Of a DNA stretch of 64,000 nt, positions 29,490 through 43,528 are shown one piece after another. The stretch spans positions 3,348,001-3,412,000 of the forward strand of contig OZ024763.1 of NCBI GenBank assembly GCA_964016885.1. Reading direction: 5' to 3'. Below the pieces are notes generated by a model, which saw only the letters and a list, made by a program, of their open reading frames with translations, searched no databases and had not been told where the DNA came from. This DNA is from Eledone cirrhosa (Eukaryota). The stretch's first letter is position 1. Each line of letters opens with the position of its first letter. Both the position numbers and the translations under genes were made by a program.

Positions 29490-30705
29490 CGTCATTACCT
29501 GTCTATAATAAGGTGACAGGTAATTAGGTAGACCCTCAGTCTATCTACCTGTAATAAGGTGACAGGTACAGGTATTTAGGTCGAAGTATACCGTCATTAC
29601 CTGTCTGTAATAAGGTGACAGGTACAGGTTGTTATATAAAAGTACAGTCTACCTACCTGTAATAAGGTGACATGTACAGGTAGTTAGGTAGACCCTGAGT
29701 CTATCTACCTGTAATAAGGTGATATGTACCACCTGTATGTAATAAGGTGACATGTACAGGTAATTAGGTAGCATCTCAGTCTATTTACCTGTAATAAGGT
29801 GACATATGCAGGTAATTAGGTAGACCCTGAGGCTATCTACCTGTGATAAGTGACATGTACAGGTAATTAGGTGGAACCTCAGTCTATTTACCTGTAATAA
29901 CGTGACAGGTACAGGTAATTAGGTAGTACCTCAGTCTATCTACCTGTAATAAGGTGACATGTACAGGTAATTAGGTAGACCCTGAGGCTATCTACCTGTA
30001 ATAAAGTGGCAGGTACAGGTAATTAGGTAGCACCTTAGTCTATCTACCTGTAATAAGGTGATATGTACCACCTATCTATAATAAGGTGACATGTACAGGT
30101 AATTAGGTAAACCCCGAGGCTATCTACCTGTAATAAGGTGATATGTACCACCTGTATGTAATAAGATGACATGTACAGGTAATTAGGTAGAACCTCAGTC
30201 TATCTACCTGTAATAAGGTGACATGTACAGGTAATTAGGTAGACCCTGAGGCTATCTACCTGTAATAAAGTGGCAGGTACATGTAATTAGGTAGCACCTT
30301 AGTCTATCTACCTGTAATAAGGTGATATGTACCACCTATCTATAATAAGGTGACATGTACAGGTAATTAGGTAAACCCCGAGGCTATCTACCTGTAATAA
30401 GGTGATATGTACCACCTGTATGTAATAAGATGACATGTACAGGTAATTAGGTAGAACCTCAGTCTATCTACCTGTAATAAGGTGACATGTACAGGTAATT
30501 AGGTAGACCCTGAGGCTATCTACCTGTAATAAAGTGGCAGGTACAGGTAATTAGGTAGACCCCGAGGTTATCTACCTGTAATAAGATGACATGTTCAGGT
30601 AATTAGGTAGTACCTCAGTCTATCTACCTGTAATAAGGTGACATGTACAGGTAATTAGGTAGACCTTGAGTCTATCTACCTGTAATAAGGTGACAGGTAC
30701 AGGTA
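29490..30705. repeat. 52/28-bp compound minisatellite
   Basis: Unit aataaggtgacatgtacaggtaattaggtagaccctgaggctatctacctgt interleaved with a 28-bp unit. Confidence 0.92.
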
Positions 30706-31125
30706 AAGCCCACCTTTCTAGCAGAAAACCTTAGAACTTCGGTATTCATTCCGGGTCTCTGTTTTCTGGGTTCAATCCCCAGCAAGGTCAACTTTGCCCT
30801 TCATCAATTCTGCGTGGGGTGATCGATATATAAAGAACCAATCAATACAGGAGGGGGGATCAATATATAAAGTAACAGTTTATTTCCCCCCCCCCCCCCA
30901 CCTCTCTCTTTCCCCTCCTCTCTCTCACTACGTAGGTCATCTCATTTACATCTGCCTCTTCTCTGTAAAGAAGAGGAGGTAGATAGGACGTCAGCAGGCT
31001 AGAGGCCGAGCTTATCCCGTATCATGTAGGCTGCCTCGAGTTTTCCGAACACTGTAGGTTGCATGTTCTGTTGTGTTAGAAAGAACTCTGTTGCTGAGAA
31101 TACGACAAGAGGTCACCAACTAAAG

Positions 31126-31309
31126 CAGTGGTCACCTACCAGTGGTCACCTACCAGTGGTCACCTACCAGTGGTCCGCGAGAAAATGTTGGTGATCCACA
31201 GAAAAATGTTAATGAATTTATCTTTTAAAAAAATATCATGTTAGTGGTCCGTGGGATTTAAAATTCTGAATTTAGCGGTCCGTGAGGTAGGAAAGATTGG
31301 CGACCCCTG
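31126..31309. mobile_element. hAT-type MITE
   Basis: Ends CAGTGGTCACCTACC / GATTGGCGACCCCTG; 8-bp TSD aactaaag / gactaaag. Confidence 0.8.
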
Positions 31310-31740
31310 GACTAAAGAAATGCCGGCAGGGCCAGTGAGAGTGGAGACCAGGGTCACCTCGGTCATTGTTGTCATCGTGGCCAGAGTATTTGACAGGTAA
31401 GGTGGTATGTTACCATCCGGTATCATCAAACAGGATGTTATATATCTCCCCAGCAGCATGTCGGATACAGGTGTCAAGATCTGCGAAGAGAGATGGCAGG
31501 GATGTAGCAGGGATGAGGGGGAGGACTGTGGTAGGTGTATATAGAGAGGCTTCGATATGACGGAGCTGTTTCTTAACAGGAAGAGGGCCCCCGGTGGGGG
31601 TTGGTCAGATTCAGTTTGTACGTAAGAGCTCTGAGATGGCGAAGTCTGTGATGGTGAGGGCGGTGTGATGTTGTTGTTGATTGTGGTGGTGATGGTGTTG
31701 GTGTTGTGGTGTTGTTATGTGTTGTTGTTGTTGTTATGGC

Positions 31741-31795
<55 letters not shown>

Positions 31796-32608
31796 GCTGC
31801 TGTTGTTGTTGTTTGCGTTGATGGTAGTGGTGGTATCGTTGTTATTAATGTTAGTATTGTTGTTGGTGATGGGAACGGTGGTGGTGGCGATGTCTGTAGA
31901 GGTGTTGGTGGTGATGGTTGAGGTGTTGATGGTGGTGGTGGTGGTAGTGGTGATGGTGATGTCAGTGATGGCGGTGGTGGTGATGTTGGTGAAGGTGGTG
32001 ATGATGATGTCAGTGGTGTTGGTGTTGGTGGTATTGGTGATGGCGGCAATGTCAATGCTGGTGGTGGTGGTGGTGGTGGTATTGGTGATCATGATGGCGG
32101 TGTTGTGGGTGTAGGTGGTGTCAGAGGTGGTGATGGCGATATCAGTGGTGGCGTTGGTGGTGTTGTTGGTGTAGGTGTTGGCGGTGGTGTCAGTGGTGGT
32201 GTTGTTGGTGATGGCGGATGGTGTCAGTGATGGTGGTGGTGTTGTTGGCGATGGCGGTGGTGTCAGTGATGGTGGTGGTGTTGTTGGTGATGGCGGATGG
32301 TGTCAGTGATGGTGGTGGTGTTGTTGGCGATGGCGGTGGTGTCAGTGATGGTGGTGGTGTTGTTGGTGATGGCGGTGGTGTCAGTGATGATGATGGCGGT
32401 GGTGTTGGTTTATATGCCACCATCCAGTAACTATGACGATGACTAAGAGCCGCGTGTCAGTGGTTAGATGAAGAAAGAAGCCCACCACGTCTGTAATATT
32501 GATTATCAGACGACCGTGGCAGACGACTAATAAACCACAGAAACGAGCAGATTAATATGGCTTCCAACAGTTACACTACAAACATGCATTCTCCGGATAA
32601 TATTACTC

Positions 32609-32662
<54 letters not shown>

Positions 32663-32752
32663 TTATGAATATATATATATATATGTATAAATGTATATGT
32701 GTATATATATATGTATAATATTATACATGCATATATATATATATATTATACT

Positions 32753-32819
<67 letters not shown>

Positions 32820-32917
32820 TTATTAATATATATATATATGTATAAATGTACATATATATATATATATGTATAATATTATACATGCATATATATATATATA
32901 TATATATATATTATACT

Positions 32918-32994
<77 letters not shown>

Positions 32995-33085
32995 ATGCAT
33001 GTTTGTGTGAACACACACGTAGATATAGATATTGATATAGATAGGTATATTATATATGTAAACATTAGATATATAATATACATAA

Positions 33086-33124
<39 letters not shown>

Positions 33125-33409
33125 TTTAGAATAAATCGTTTTCAAATACGAAAACTGATAAAGGTATGTGAAGAAGGTATTACAGCACGAAATATTAGAT
33201 TTATTACAGTTTAACTACTCAGAAGGCTTCATACACGATTTACTTGTATGACCTCCTTGTTTCAAATGTTGAAGTATATGTCCTATGGGATAGAAGGAAC
33301 GGGAGATAATTAAGATATGATACAATTAACAATCTTTGGTCTTATTTTCAATGTAATTATATATATAGACACACACAGATATATATATGTATATGTGTGT
33401 GTGTTTCTC

Positions 33410-33669
<260 letters not shown>

Positions 33670-33715
33670 TATATATACATATATATACACACACACACAT
33701 ATATATATATTATAT

Positions 33716-34012
33716 GTAGAGGTTATATTTAATTTGTTGGGATACAACAAGCTAAATATTTTTATAACTGATATAAAGCACTCAACAAATTATTGGATTA
33801 AATATACAATATATTAACAAATGGAAACTATATTTATAAAACCATATTTATAAAACCATATTTATTTCATTATACATATTTATTTATAAAACTAACCTAT
33901 ATTATATTTTATCTGATGAAAGCGCACCATAGTTTGCTCTGGTGGCCCTTGAAATATGTATAATGAAATAAATATGGTTTTATAAATATAGTTTCCATTT
34001 GTTAATATATTG
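33716..34012. mobile_element. Family A element, inverted partial copies within (TA)n
   Basis: 33806-33880 is the reverse complement of 33952-34012; homologous to 36216-36600, 40545-40656 and 41078-41190. Confidence 0.8.
33905..33970 (+). ncRNA. Type I hammerhead ribozyme motif, minimal PLE-type (family A)
   Basis: tattttat-CTGATGA-aagcgcacca..tggtggccctt-GAAA-tatgta-TA^-atgaaata: 8-bp stem I, paired stem II, near-palindromic stem III, AUA site. Confidence 0.85.
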
Positions 34013-34014
34013 TA

Positions 34015-34095
<81 letters not shown>

Positions 34096-34107
34096 CATAT
34101 ATATATA

Positions 34108-34270
34108 TCAAGTTTAATATAAAATGGTTTCTACAGGAGACTACAACTGTTTCATTCAAGAAAAATCAGTTCTATTCCTGTAGAAGCCATTTCTATATTA
34201 AATTTGATGTCTACACTTTAGTAATGTATTGAGTACCTTACTATATATAGAAATGATTTCTACAGGACTA
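34108..34270. mobile_element. Family G element, fold-back truncated at hammerhead stem II/III
   Basis: Homologous to 38250-38446 (cagttcta.tcctgtagaa...atgtattgagtacctt). Confidence 0.7.
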
Positions 34271-34419
34271 CAGGAATGTGCATTACGATAGTAGGGTGTA
34301 GGGAGTCCTACCCAGAACTGGGGGTTCCTACCCAGGACACCAGAAGTCTACTCTGCTACAGATTTGACAACGAGACAGTCCACTCCATGGAGCTTACAAT
34401 CAAGGGCTACCAGCTCTAT

Positions 34420-35165
34420 CCCCGCTAGTAGTGAGTAGGGAGGAGGTCCAGGGACCCAGAACTTCAGAGGTTTACACTGCTGAAGGTCTAACTCCTGTGG
34501 GTTTCCAACTCAACCCCCGCTAGTAGTGAGTAGGGAGGAGGTCCAGGGACCCAGAACTTCAGAGGTTTACACTGCTGAAGGTCTAACTCCTGTGGGTTTC
34601 CAACTCAACCCCCGCTAGTAGTGACTAGGTAGGTTGTCCGGGGATCAAGAACTTCAGAGGTTTACACTGCTGAAGGTCTAACTCCTGTGGGTTTCCAACT
34701 CAACCCCCGCTAGTAGTGACTAGGTAGGTTGTCCGGGGATCAAGAACTTCAGAGGTTTACACTGCTGATAGTCTAACTCCTGTGGGCTACCAACTCAACC
34801 CCCGCTAGTAGTGACTAGGTAGGTTGTCCGGGGATCAAGAACTTCAGAGGTTTACACTGCTGAAGGTCTAACTCCTGTGGGTTTCCAACTCAACCCCCGC
34901 TAGTAGTGACTAGGTAGGTTGTCCGGGGATCAAGAACTTCAGAGGTTTACACTGCTGATAGTCTAACTCCTGTGGGCTACCAACTCAACCCCCGCTAGTA
35001 GTGACTAGGTAGGTTGTCCGGGGATCAAGAACTTCAGAGGTTTACACTGCTGAAGGTCTAACTCCTGTGGGTTTCCAACTCAACCCCCGCTAGTAGTGAC
35101 TAGGTAGGTTGTCCGGGGATCAAGAACTTCAGAGGTTTACACTGCTGAAGGTCTAACTCCTGCAG
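34420..35165. repeat. 95-bp tandem repeat, ~8 copies with diverged flanking units
   Basis: cccgctagtagtga recurs at 34421, 34516, 34611, 34706, 34801, 34896, 34991 and 35086. Confidence 0.95.
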
Positions 35166-35861
35166 GTGATCACCTCTACCCTCAATAGTAATGAGTAGGG
35201 AGTGTTTTAGGGACCCATAACTTAAGAAGTCTGCAACAAGTTTGATATATAGACAGTGCATGTCCTGGAGCTCACAACCGACGGAGGGCTAAATCTACCT
35301 CCCGATAGTAGTGAGCAGGGAGTTTTCTAGGGAACCAGAACTTCATAAGTTTATACTGCTACAGGCTTGACAAGAAATCAGTCTACTTTCTGGAGCTCAC
35401 AACCAACGGAGGCCCAAATCTACCCCCGTTAGCAGTGGGTAAGGAGGTGATTGGGGGACCCAGAACGACACAAGTCTTTACAGTTTGTGTTCTGATTTAC
35501 GATGTCTTTTCAATCAACACTTTATCGATCCCGATCCGGCAGTTATTCCCCATCTGGTTGTGTACGTACGTGGTTATTATATGGCGGCGGTTGGCTGTAT
35601 CAATAGGTGTGACGTGATTGTAATATGGAGGGTTTGTCTGTATCAATAGGCGTGGCCTTTCGTGTATTTATTGCTCGATATCGATCTGTGGTTGACTTTA
35701 TTAGTTACATTCAATATCTTATTTGTGATTTAATGTTTATTGTTTCTGAATCGATTTCTCTGCAGCTTCGTTTTTCAGGAGGAGAGATGATCTCGCCAGA
35801 TTTCGTCAGATCTATATGTTCATTTAAATATTCGGTCGACATTCAATGTCACTGTGCAAAA

Positions 35862-35992
<131 letters not shown>

Positions 35993-36012
35993 ACATATGT
36001 ATATATATGTAT

Positions 36013-36045
<33 letters not shown>

Positions 36046-36047
<2 letters not shown>

Positions 36048-36184
36048 ACGAAGGAAGTGTGGTAAGGAACCAGATGGACCATAACGCACCAGAGTAGTCA
36101 ATACTTAGGGTAGTAGAGTCGGTAATAGGAAAAAGTTTAACGGAAACGGATTGAGCTCTGCCGTCGGGGTTAAACTTTTTCCTA
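36046..36184 (-). mobile_element. Family M element, diverged, with fold-back
   Basis: taggaaaaagtttaac / gttaaactttttccta inverted pair enclosing gaaacggattgagctctgccgtcgggg. Confidence 0.75.
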
Positions 36185-36215
36185 TATATATATATATATA
36201 TATAAATATATATAA

Positions 36216-36594
36216 GTAGAAGTTGTATTTAATTTGTTGGAAGTCCGACAAACAAATGTTTATAAGTGATTTAGAGCACTCAACAAGTTACTGGAGTAAA
36301 TATTCAATGATATTAAATAAATGGAAACTATATTTATAAAACCATATTTATTTTATTATATTTTATTATAAAACCATATTTATTTTATTATATTTTATTA
36401 TAAAACCATATTTATTTTATTATATATATTTCAAGGACAACCAAGACAACATTGGTTCGCTTTCAGCAGATAAAAGCGTACCGATGTTGTCTTGGTTGTC
36501 CTTGAAATATATATAATAAAATAAATATGGTTTTATAATAAAATATAATAAAATAAATATGGTTTTATAAATATAGTTTCCATTTATTTAATAT

Positions 36595-36600
<6 letters not shown>
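36216..36600. mobile_element. Family A element with fold-back
   Basis: Arms meet near 36472, adjacent to the hammerhead core. Confidence 0.8.
36413..36475 (-). ncRNA. Hammerhead motif (family A), core variant CUGCUGA
   Basis: Reverse complement: ttttat-CTGCTGA-aagcgaaccaa..ttggttgtcctt-GAAA-tatata-TA^-ataaaata. The A6C change probably inactivates it. It is the left arm of a fold-back. Confidence 0.7.
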
Positions 36601-36652
<52 letters not shown>

Positions 36653-36800
36653 TTGTAAATTTATAAATATATAATAAATTGAAGTGAAATCAACTGGTGC
36701 GTGTGTTTCTTATTGGCAACATGACCCTCCCAAAGTATAACAATATCGGTTTCAACACACGATTTCAGATAAAGAATCTTGTTAAACAAATTCAGAAACG

Positions 36801-36862
<62 letters not shown>

Positions 36863-37682
36863 TAAAATAACAGATTAGTCTTTAAATTTATTATTATTAC
36901 TATATATATATATATGCCAGAAATAACAGAACACACTCACTGTTTGGTTGGTTTTCGCTTCTGTATCTTTTATTTTAAATAAAATAAAAATGACGTAGAC
37001 AATATAATACAATGGAAGGGAACATAAACCAAACAGTGAGTGTGTTCTGTTATTATTTCTGGAAATATTATTACAACAATATGACCCTCCCCAAGTATAA
37101 CAATATTTGTAAAGAAAATGTGGTAAGAAACCAGGTGGACCATAACCCACCAGAGTACTTGATACTTAGGGTAGTAGAGTGGGTAATAGGAAAAGAGTCA
37201 GGACCCCGACGTCTGAACTCCGGCCGTTTCGACAGCTGGATCCGAACCTATTATTTGGGACCCGAGAGTGCCACAAAACTCTCACCCTCTTTATGTCTAA
37301 TAAACAAAAATTCTTTTTGGTTCCCCCTCTATATCAATTACCACCGAATTCTCCTCCTCTCTATTTGTACTACATGGCACTCTCTTCCAATCCCCCTCTC
37401 TATATCAATTACCACCAAACTCCCCACTCTCTATATCTACCTCTCCCATCTGTCTCTACATAACATGTACATAAATTGTAGCGGACATACAAATAGATGT
37501 GTTTTGGTAGTTTGGGGAGAAAAATATAGTCTCCCCAGTCCACTGCGCCTGATATATATATATATATACTTATCCAAGTACCCTGGGCAATATAGTTTCG
37601 GAATATATATGGTTATGGGGGTCTATCTCCAAAACCATAGGAGGAGTTCGTGAACAAACAAACACACAGACAGGAACTACAG

Positions 37683-37717
<35 letters not shown>

Positions 37718-37830
37718 GTATAGGTGTGAATTTGCACGTAGCGTAACTAGGCTGCAGTACCACCGTGGAAACACTTGTAAGCACACGGAATAAATTACCT
37801 TTTTATGATGTCTACCTGTTATTATTCATT

Positions 37831-37873
<43 letters not shown>

Positions 37874-37880
<7 letters not shown>

Positions 37881-38213
37881 AAAAAAAGATGAAATCGAAA
37901 ATGCAACTGGAGTCTTATTTTAAAAAAATATATATATATTTATTTGGTTCCTTTACCGGTTTCGCAGTTCTTCTGCTTTTAAAAAGTAGAGTTGAGATGG
38001 AGGATGTGGTTTTTCTAAAACCACAGACCCTCCATCTCAACTCTACTTTTTAAAAGCAGAAGAACTGCGAAACCGGTAAAGGAACCAAATAAATATATAT
38101 ATATTTTTTTTAAATAAGACTCCAGTTGCATTTTCGATTTCATCTTTTTTTCTTTATACTTTCACTCGTGTAGGACACCTCGGTTATTTTTCATTTTGTA
38201 AAGAAAACCTCAC

Positions 38214-38219
<6 letters not shown>
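37874..38219 (+). mobile_element. Family N element with ~140-bp fold-back arms
   Basis: Arms ~37874-38013 and ~38018-38157 are nearly perfect reverse complements. Confidence 0.85.
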
Positions 38220-38254
<35 letters not shown>

Positions 38255-38255
38255 T

Positions 38256-38308
38256 GAGATTCTACAGGACTAGAACTGTTTCATTCTTTAGAAATCATCA
38301 GGAATCTC
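38256..38308 (-). ncRNA. Type I hammerhead motif (family G), inverted partner of 38310-38362
   Basis: Reverse complement: gagattc-CTGATGA-tttctaaagaat-GAAA-cagttctagtcctg-TA^-gaatctc. Confidence 0.8.
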
Positions 38309-38309
38309 A

Positions 38310-38362
38310 GAGATTCCTGATGATCTCTAAAGAATGAAACAGTTCTACTCCTGTAGAATCTC
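38310..38362 (+). ncRNA. Type I hammerhead ribozyme motif (family G)
   Basis: gagattc-CTGATGA-tctctaaagaat-GAAA-cag-ttctactc-ctg-TA^-gaatctc: perfect 7-bp stem I, 4-bp stem III, GUA site; stem II weak. Confidence 0.8.
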
Positions 38363-38676
38363 ATCTATATTAAAACTTTTATACTCTGCAATGTATTGAG
38401 TACCTTACTTACTGTGGTTACCTCCGATTCAACCCGGAATAACGTATATATATATGTTTATGTAATCATAATGTGTTATCGTCTCCCTGCCCCCATCTCC
38501 ACACACCCCTCTGTCTCTTCAGGCGAGAAATAACTGGGTTTCCTTAAAACTGACCCAAAATATCAGCACTTGAAGTGGTGGTGGTGGTGGTGGGGGTACT
38601 TGACCTTTAGAAACTCTAACCTGTCCACCATTCTCTGGTCAACCTCTCGCCACATATGTTTCTTTATATTGCTAAC

Positions 38677-38753
<77 letters not shown>

Positions 38754-39229
38754 CATCACCACGACAACTACTACTACCATCACCACTACCATTACTACCA
38801 CCAACATCAACACCACTATTACCAGCACCACCAGTACTATCACTAATACTACTACCACCACCACTACCACCACCACATACCACTACCATCACTACCACCA
38901 CCACACTTCACACTACACCACCACCACCACCACCACCACCACCATCACCAATACCACCACTACCACCACCAATACCACCACCACCGCTACTACAACCACC
39001 ACCACCTCTACACCACCACCACTACACCACTACCACCACCACCACCGCCACTACAACCCCCCCAACCAACACTACCCCCTCCATCACCAGCACCACCACC
39101 GCCACCACCATCAGATACATGTAGAAGATGGCTGTTATATCTCAAGTAGGTTAACTCTTAAGTCAGTTTAACCTCTCACACTCTTGTATATAGGTAGCGA
39201 ATTGTCAGAGTCGTTAGAACGTCAGATAT

Positions 39230-40310
39230 AATTAGAATGGAATTATTGTGTACAGTGCTCAGGTGCACTACAACTCATCAAAGGTACATGTATAGTACAT
39301 AGAACAATGTACAAATGCCAGGAAAGTGAATAGTGTATGAGTCATGATATACACACATACACACACACTACACACCATTATATACACACACCATTTATAT
39401 AAAGTAAATTATTGTGTACAGTGCTTAGGTGCAATACAACTCATCGAAGGTGCATGTATAGTACATAGAATAATGCACAAATGTCAGGGAAGTGAACAGT
39501 GTATGAGTCATGATATACATGTGTGCGTGTGTATGGAGGGGGGAATATCAGGTGTAGTGTTGGCGAATTTCAGGAAGCATGGAGGTTTTAGAGGATGCAG
39601 TGTCTCGACAGCTAACAACTGATGCAGGTAGATTGTTCCATGGAGGTTTTAGAGGATGCAGTGTCTCGACAGCTAACAACTGATGCAGGTAGATTGTTCC
39701 ATGGAGGTTTTAGAGGATGCAGTGTCTCGACAGCTAACAACTGATGCAGGTAGTTTGTTCCATGGAGGTTTTAAAGGATGCAGTGTCTCGACAGCTAACA
39801 ACTGATGCAGGTAGATTGTTCCATGGAGGTTTTAGAGGATGCAGTGTCTCGACAGCTAACAACTGATGCAGGTAGTTTGTTCCATGGAGGTTTTAAAGGA
39901 TGCAGCGTCTCGACAGCTAACAACTGATGCAGGTAGTTTGTTCTATGGAGGTTTTAAAGAATGCAGTGTCTCAACAGCTAACAACTGATACAGGGAGTTT
40001 GTTCCATGGAGGTTTTAAAGGATGCAGTGTCATGACAGCTAACAACTGATGCAGGTAGATCGTTCCATGCTTCAGCAACTCTGAGCATGAAAAAATGTTT
40101 CTGAAAGTCATGGGAGCTGTGCTGTTTTCTGACTTTGTAGGCATGTCCACGTGTGTTAGACACATGGAAATCAAAATGGTGCTCAGAGTTGTTGTTGACA
40201 AGCTGGTTAATAATTTTGTGGGTGTTTACCAAGTCAGTTGCCAGACGTCGGAGCTTCAATGTATCCATCCATACCCATGGAAGCAAAGCGTTCAGAGTAT
40301 AGTAGATGCT
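39230..40310 (-). mobile_element. CR1/L2-type LINE 3' end with internal tandem amplification
   Basis: TLKLRRLATDL..THKII...NTRGHAYKVRK...HFFMLRVAEAWNDLP (CR1 RT C-terminus); 61-bp unit x8 at 39578-40068. Confidence 0.8.
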
Positions 40311-40550
40311 TTATAGTATTCGTTCCAGCTCTCTACTCTCTGAATCTCTAAATCCTGCCGAGGTCAACTTTGCCTTTCATCCTTTCGAGATTGATAACAA
40401 AAAGTACCAGTTTAGTACTGGGGTCGATTCTTCCTCTATATCTCTTTCTCATTTCCTATCTCTCTCAATTTCTATCTTTCTCGGGAAGAAATCTGCTGAA
40501 CTCAGGCCTGGAGAGGGAGGGGTTCCGCCAGGCTTGAAATACAAACTTTG

Positions 40551-40611
40551 TATTTTATCTGATGAGAGCGTACCAAAGTTTTGGTACCCTTGAAATATAT
40601 ATAATAGAATA
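40551..40611 (+). ncRNA. Type I hammerhead ribozyme motif (family A)
   Basis: tattttat-CTGATGA-gagcgtaccaaa-gt-tttggtaccctt-GAAA-tatata-TA^-atagaata: intact core and long stem II. Confidence 0.88.
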
Positions 40612-40650
40612 AATATGGTTTTATAAATATAGTTTCCATTTATTTAATAT

Positions 40651-40693
<43 letters not shown>

Positions 40694-40824
40694 GATATAC
40701 GTCTTTAGGCCTCCATATAATCCAGAAGTAATAAATCGAAGGAGATGAGGTGATGAGAGTTCTTGTCTGTGAAGTAGGATTCCATCATATTGGATTTCGT
40801 TGAGCTTTCAAACGCGTTACACAG

Positions 40825-40913
<89 letters not shown>

Positions 40914-40943
40914 CATATATATATATCTATGCATATATATATA

Positions 40944-41006
<63 letters not shown>

Positions 41007-41081
41007 AATCAACCTTCTCAAATGCAAGTAGATGTTGTTACGGTATGTCGAATCTATTTATCTATAGAACTGTTTATATTG

Positions 41082-41147
41082 TATTTTGTCTGAGGAAGGC
41101 ATAGCATATTGTTAATATGATATCCCTGAAATATATATAATGAAATA
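41082..41147 (+). ncRNA. Type I hammerhead ribozyme motif (family A)
   Basis: tattttgt-CTGAGGA-aggcatagcatatt-gtt-aatatgatatccct-GAAA-tatata-TA^-atgaaata. Confidence 0.85.
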
Positions 41148-41184
41148 AATATGGTTTTATAAATATAGTTTCCATTTATTTAAT

Positions 41185-41313
<129 letters not shown>

Positions 41314-41337
41314 GTATGCATATATATATATGTATGC

Positions 41338-41374
<37 letters not shown>

Positions 41375-41433
41375 TATATATATATATATACACACACATA
41401 TATATAAATATATATATATTCATATATATACAT

Positions 41434-41512
<79 letters not shown>

Positions 41513-43364
41513 CAATGCACTTCTCATATGTTTAAGTAGTTTTTAGATGAACACAGAAGGATGAAATTCGTGTTAGCTTCAAAGATCCAATTTCTGTCAT
41601 CATCATGACATCATTATCTTCTTCTTCTTCTTCTTCTTCTTCTTCTTCTTCTTCTTCTTCTTCTTCTTCTTCTTCTTCTTCTTCTTCTTCTTCTTCTTCT
41701 TCTTCTTCTTCTTCTTCACCCCCCACATCCTCTCCCACGACGACCCCCACCACAGTGGTAGAGGTAGTGGTGTCAGAACAGCAGCCATATTGTGAAACAC
41801 CTCGCGGCTCACATTTAGAGAATGTCTTGTTCTTATATTGTCAAGAATCTAATGACAATGACAAACGTTAAGAAGTCCACACATCGAGATTAACCCCTTA
41901 CGCCATGACAAAGCTGCTGTATTTTCAAGTCGTGCGTCCACATAGATATTAGTTTATGTTAAACTACTTGAAATGGTGTCTAAAAACCTGAGACAGTTCT
42001 GACTTCTTATATTGATTAGCTCCGTCGTTCCTTCATAAAGTTATTGGTTGGCTGGTTGGCTGGTTGCTTGATGGTTGGTTGGTTGGTTGCTTGATGGTTG
42101 GTTGGTTGGCTGGCTGGTTGGCTGGTTGGTTCGCTGGTTGGTTGGTTGTTTGGTTGGTTGGATGGTTGGTTTGTTGGTTGGTTGGCTGGTTGGTTGGCTT
42201 CAACTTTCGATGGAAGTGGCCTAACCACCAATCTGCGGGCTTACTTGGATAGTTTCCCCACAGAAGGGGGCCCAGGGCAGTTACCCCATTTAACTTCTCC
42301 CATTAAATCCGGACCTGCATACGGCTGCATTACTTTGATAGATACCCACTGCAGGGGGCCCAGGGCAGTTGTTCTCTTTGCCCCACCTCCATTAAATCCG
42401 GCCCTTCTGCACTCGGCTGCCTTACTTGGACAGTTGTGTAAGACTGAAGTGTAGGACCTCACTTGAGACTAGAGTCCTGTGTGGAGGGTCAACTGCCACT
42501 CAACTTTGAAGGGTCATTCACTGGTCAGTCGCCAAGAGTGACATAATAACAAGTGGTTGACATAAATCCTAGACTATGTCTCAACAGTTCCTCCACTCCA
42601 CAACACCCCCACCCTTCTCCTCCTCTCCCCTCTGCCACTTCAACATATTAACCACGTCTCCAACCACTGAAGATACTTTCACAGACATCTTGGTGGGGTT
42701 TGGTTCTTGGTGGGGGTGTTGGTGGTAGTAGCAGTAATAGTAGTTGTTGCGGTTGGTGGTGGTGGTGGTGGTGGTGCTGTTGTTGGTGGTGTTGTTGTTA
42801 TTGGTGGTGGTGGTGGTGGTGTTGCTGGTGGTGTTGTTGTTATTGGTGGTGGTGGTGGTGGTGGTGTTGATGGTTGTTGTTATTGGTGGTGGTGGTGGTG
42901 GTGGTGGTGGTGGTGGTGGTGGTGGTGGTGTTGATGGTTGTTGTTGTTGTTGTTATTGGTGGTGGTGGTGGTGGTGGTGGTGGTGGTGTTGCTGGTTGTT
43001 GTTGTTGTTATTGGTGGTGGTGGTGTTGATGGTTGTTGTTATTGGTGGTGGTGGTAGTGTTGCTGGTTGTTGTTGGTGGTGTTGGTGGTGGTGGTAATTT
43101 ACTGTTCAGGGGTCTAAATTAAGGATCTCCCTCGGTACCAGTGAAATACTGGGGGGGGGGGGATATTATAGCCAACCCTAATCACATTTAATATTCCTGG
43201 AACTAAATTATATACTGAGGCCCTTATATATTAGAAATTCTTATCTCATATAAAATATTTTTTATTTAATTTCAAAATGTCAGAATTATGTTGAAAAGAT
43301 AAAATATAAAGATTTATAGATATCTGTATTACACACAGACATAAATATATATATACACACACAG

Positions 43365-43417
<53 letters not shown>

Positions 43418-43476
43418 GACAGACATACATATATATATACACACACACAGACAGACATACTCACATATACAGACAG

Positions 43477-43528
<52 letters not shown>

